Source: Macrostomum lignano (taxonomy: Eukaryota). From it: 64,000 nucleotides of DNA. The position numbers and the translations under genes were made by a program. The DNA lies in assembly GCA_002269645.1 (NCBI GenBank), contig NIVC01001164.1, positions 124,001 through 188,000 of the forward strand. The letters run 5' to 3'. The notes under the pieces were generated by a model that saw only the letters and a program-made list of their open reading frames with translations, was not told the origin of the DNA and did not search any database. The first letter of the stretch is position 1. Each line of letters begins with the position of its first letter. Below are positions 63,028 to 64,000 of this stretch, piece by piece.

Positions 63028-63060
63028 GAAAATTGTCCCTCCTTCGTACTTCATAATCAG
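63028..63060 (+). CDS. Candidate 33-nt microexon of the 58.5-kb gene
   Basis: It is preceded by CTGAC, a pyrimidine tract and CTGCAG, and followed by GTGAGC. It is frame-preserving and open in phase 2 (KIVPPSYFII). Confidence 0.45.
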
Positions 63061-63489
63061 GTGAGCGATAGAGGCGCAATTCGACAGGTGGAAAAATGAC
63101 AACGCGCTCTCTCGGTTCTTTGTTAAACAGTTTTGTACTCTCATAAGCTGGCCTAATAAAAGGCCGGAAACCGATGCGATAGCAGCAGCTGCTTGCTTGC
63201 TCGCTCATTGCACCCAATTATAGATATACTCGTATCAAACTTTTATTACAGTGGGGTCCAGTTTAATTGAATGTCCACTCTTCAATGCCGCTTCTCAGCA
63301 GAACAATAGCCGTCGAAGTGGAAAATGCCCGTCTCAGCCAGCGCTTAGTGTCACAAAATGATAACACTGGCATTTGTGAAATATGAGCTTATTCGGAAAA
63401 AATAGACCAACAACTGAGCAGGGGTCAGAAAAGGTTCGGCCCGCCGTCCTTTGAAACTTCACAATAGCAATTCGGGCCGCTCAAGCTCT

Positions 63490-63760
63490 CTTCTGTCCTC
63501 TTTTCCCTCTCCTCTCTTCTCTCTTCTCTCCTCTCTTCTCTCTTCTCTCTTATTCACTTTCTTTCTCTTCTCTCCTCTCCCCTATTTTCTCTCCCCTCCT
63601 CTCTCCCCTCTTCTCTCTTTTCTCTTTTCCCATCTCTCATCTCTTCTCAAATCCCATAGCTCATACCATCTCTCCTCTCATCTTCTCTTTTCGCTTTTAT
63701 TCTAACTTCTCTCATCTCTTATCTATTTTCTCTTCAGTATCTCTATTCCGTGTCTTTCCT
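63490..63760. repeat. CT-rich low-complexity tract; a (GA)n microsatellite follows near 63892-63913
   Basis: Base composition and direct reading. Confidence 0.85.
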
Positions 63761-64000
63761 TCGCTCATCTACCCCGCAGCCATTTAGCTATAGGCTATTT
63801 ATTTCCCTGGAGGTAAAACAGTTCACCGAACCTGAACTACTCGTAATAGTAAAGCTTCAACCCAAAGTTTAGCATAGGCTAGAAACACCCAGAGAGAGAG
63901 AGAGAGAGAGAGAGCTAACTGTAGTTTTTATCTCTCCCTGCTTTTGATAACTTAAGCAGAGGAAACAAAAAGAAAGTTTACGACTGCACTAACAAGCAAC

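Noticed and set aside
1-64000. A functionally linked gene cluster or operon-like novel system
   Set aside because: The genes have unrelated functions and mixed orientations, and the sequence shows no shared regulatory or structural link among them.

Overview
This is eukaryotic (metazoan) genomic DNA, not prokaryotic. It has GC/CpG-rich spliced exons, AT-rich spacers and about 26 minisatellite arrays covering roughly 25 kb (hand estimate). That architecture suggests a free-living flatworm such as Macrostomum, but the organism is an inference. Seven spliced genes were rebuilt by hand with consistent GT-AG intron phases: a PHLDB/LL5 3' part (+), a DEG/ENaC channel (+), RUFY (-), a CIMIP1/C20orf85 homologue (+), GTP-type PEPCK (-, with a 1-nt frameshift), a beta-1,4-Gal/GalNAc transferase (-) and Six4/5 (-). 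The start of an unidentified Pro/Gln-rich gene (+) lies near the right end. Mobile elements are a solo-LTR/TIR-like insertion with a 5-bp TSD and a tRNA-derived SINE-like element in two copies. Most long ORFs in the supplied track are artefacts of the repeats. The strongest unexplained signal is that many arrays appear seeded from gene-boundary sequences (a splice donor, an acceptor plus start codon, a stop codon, a donor/branch-point palindrome). In addition, one 28-36 bp family recurs in introns of three unrelated genes. No multi-gene novel system could be supported.
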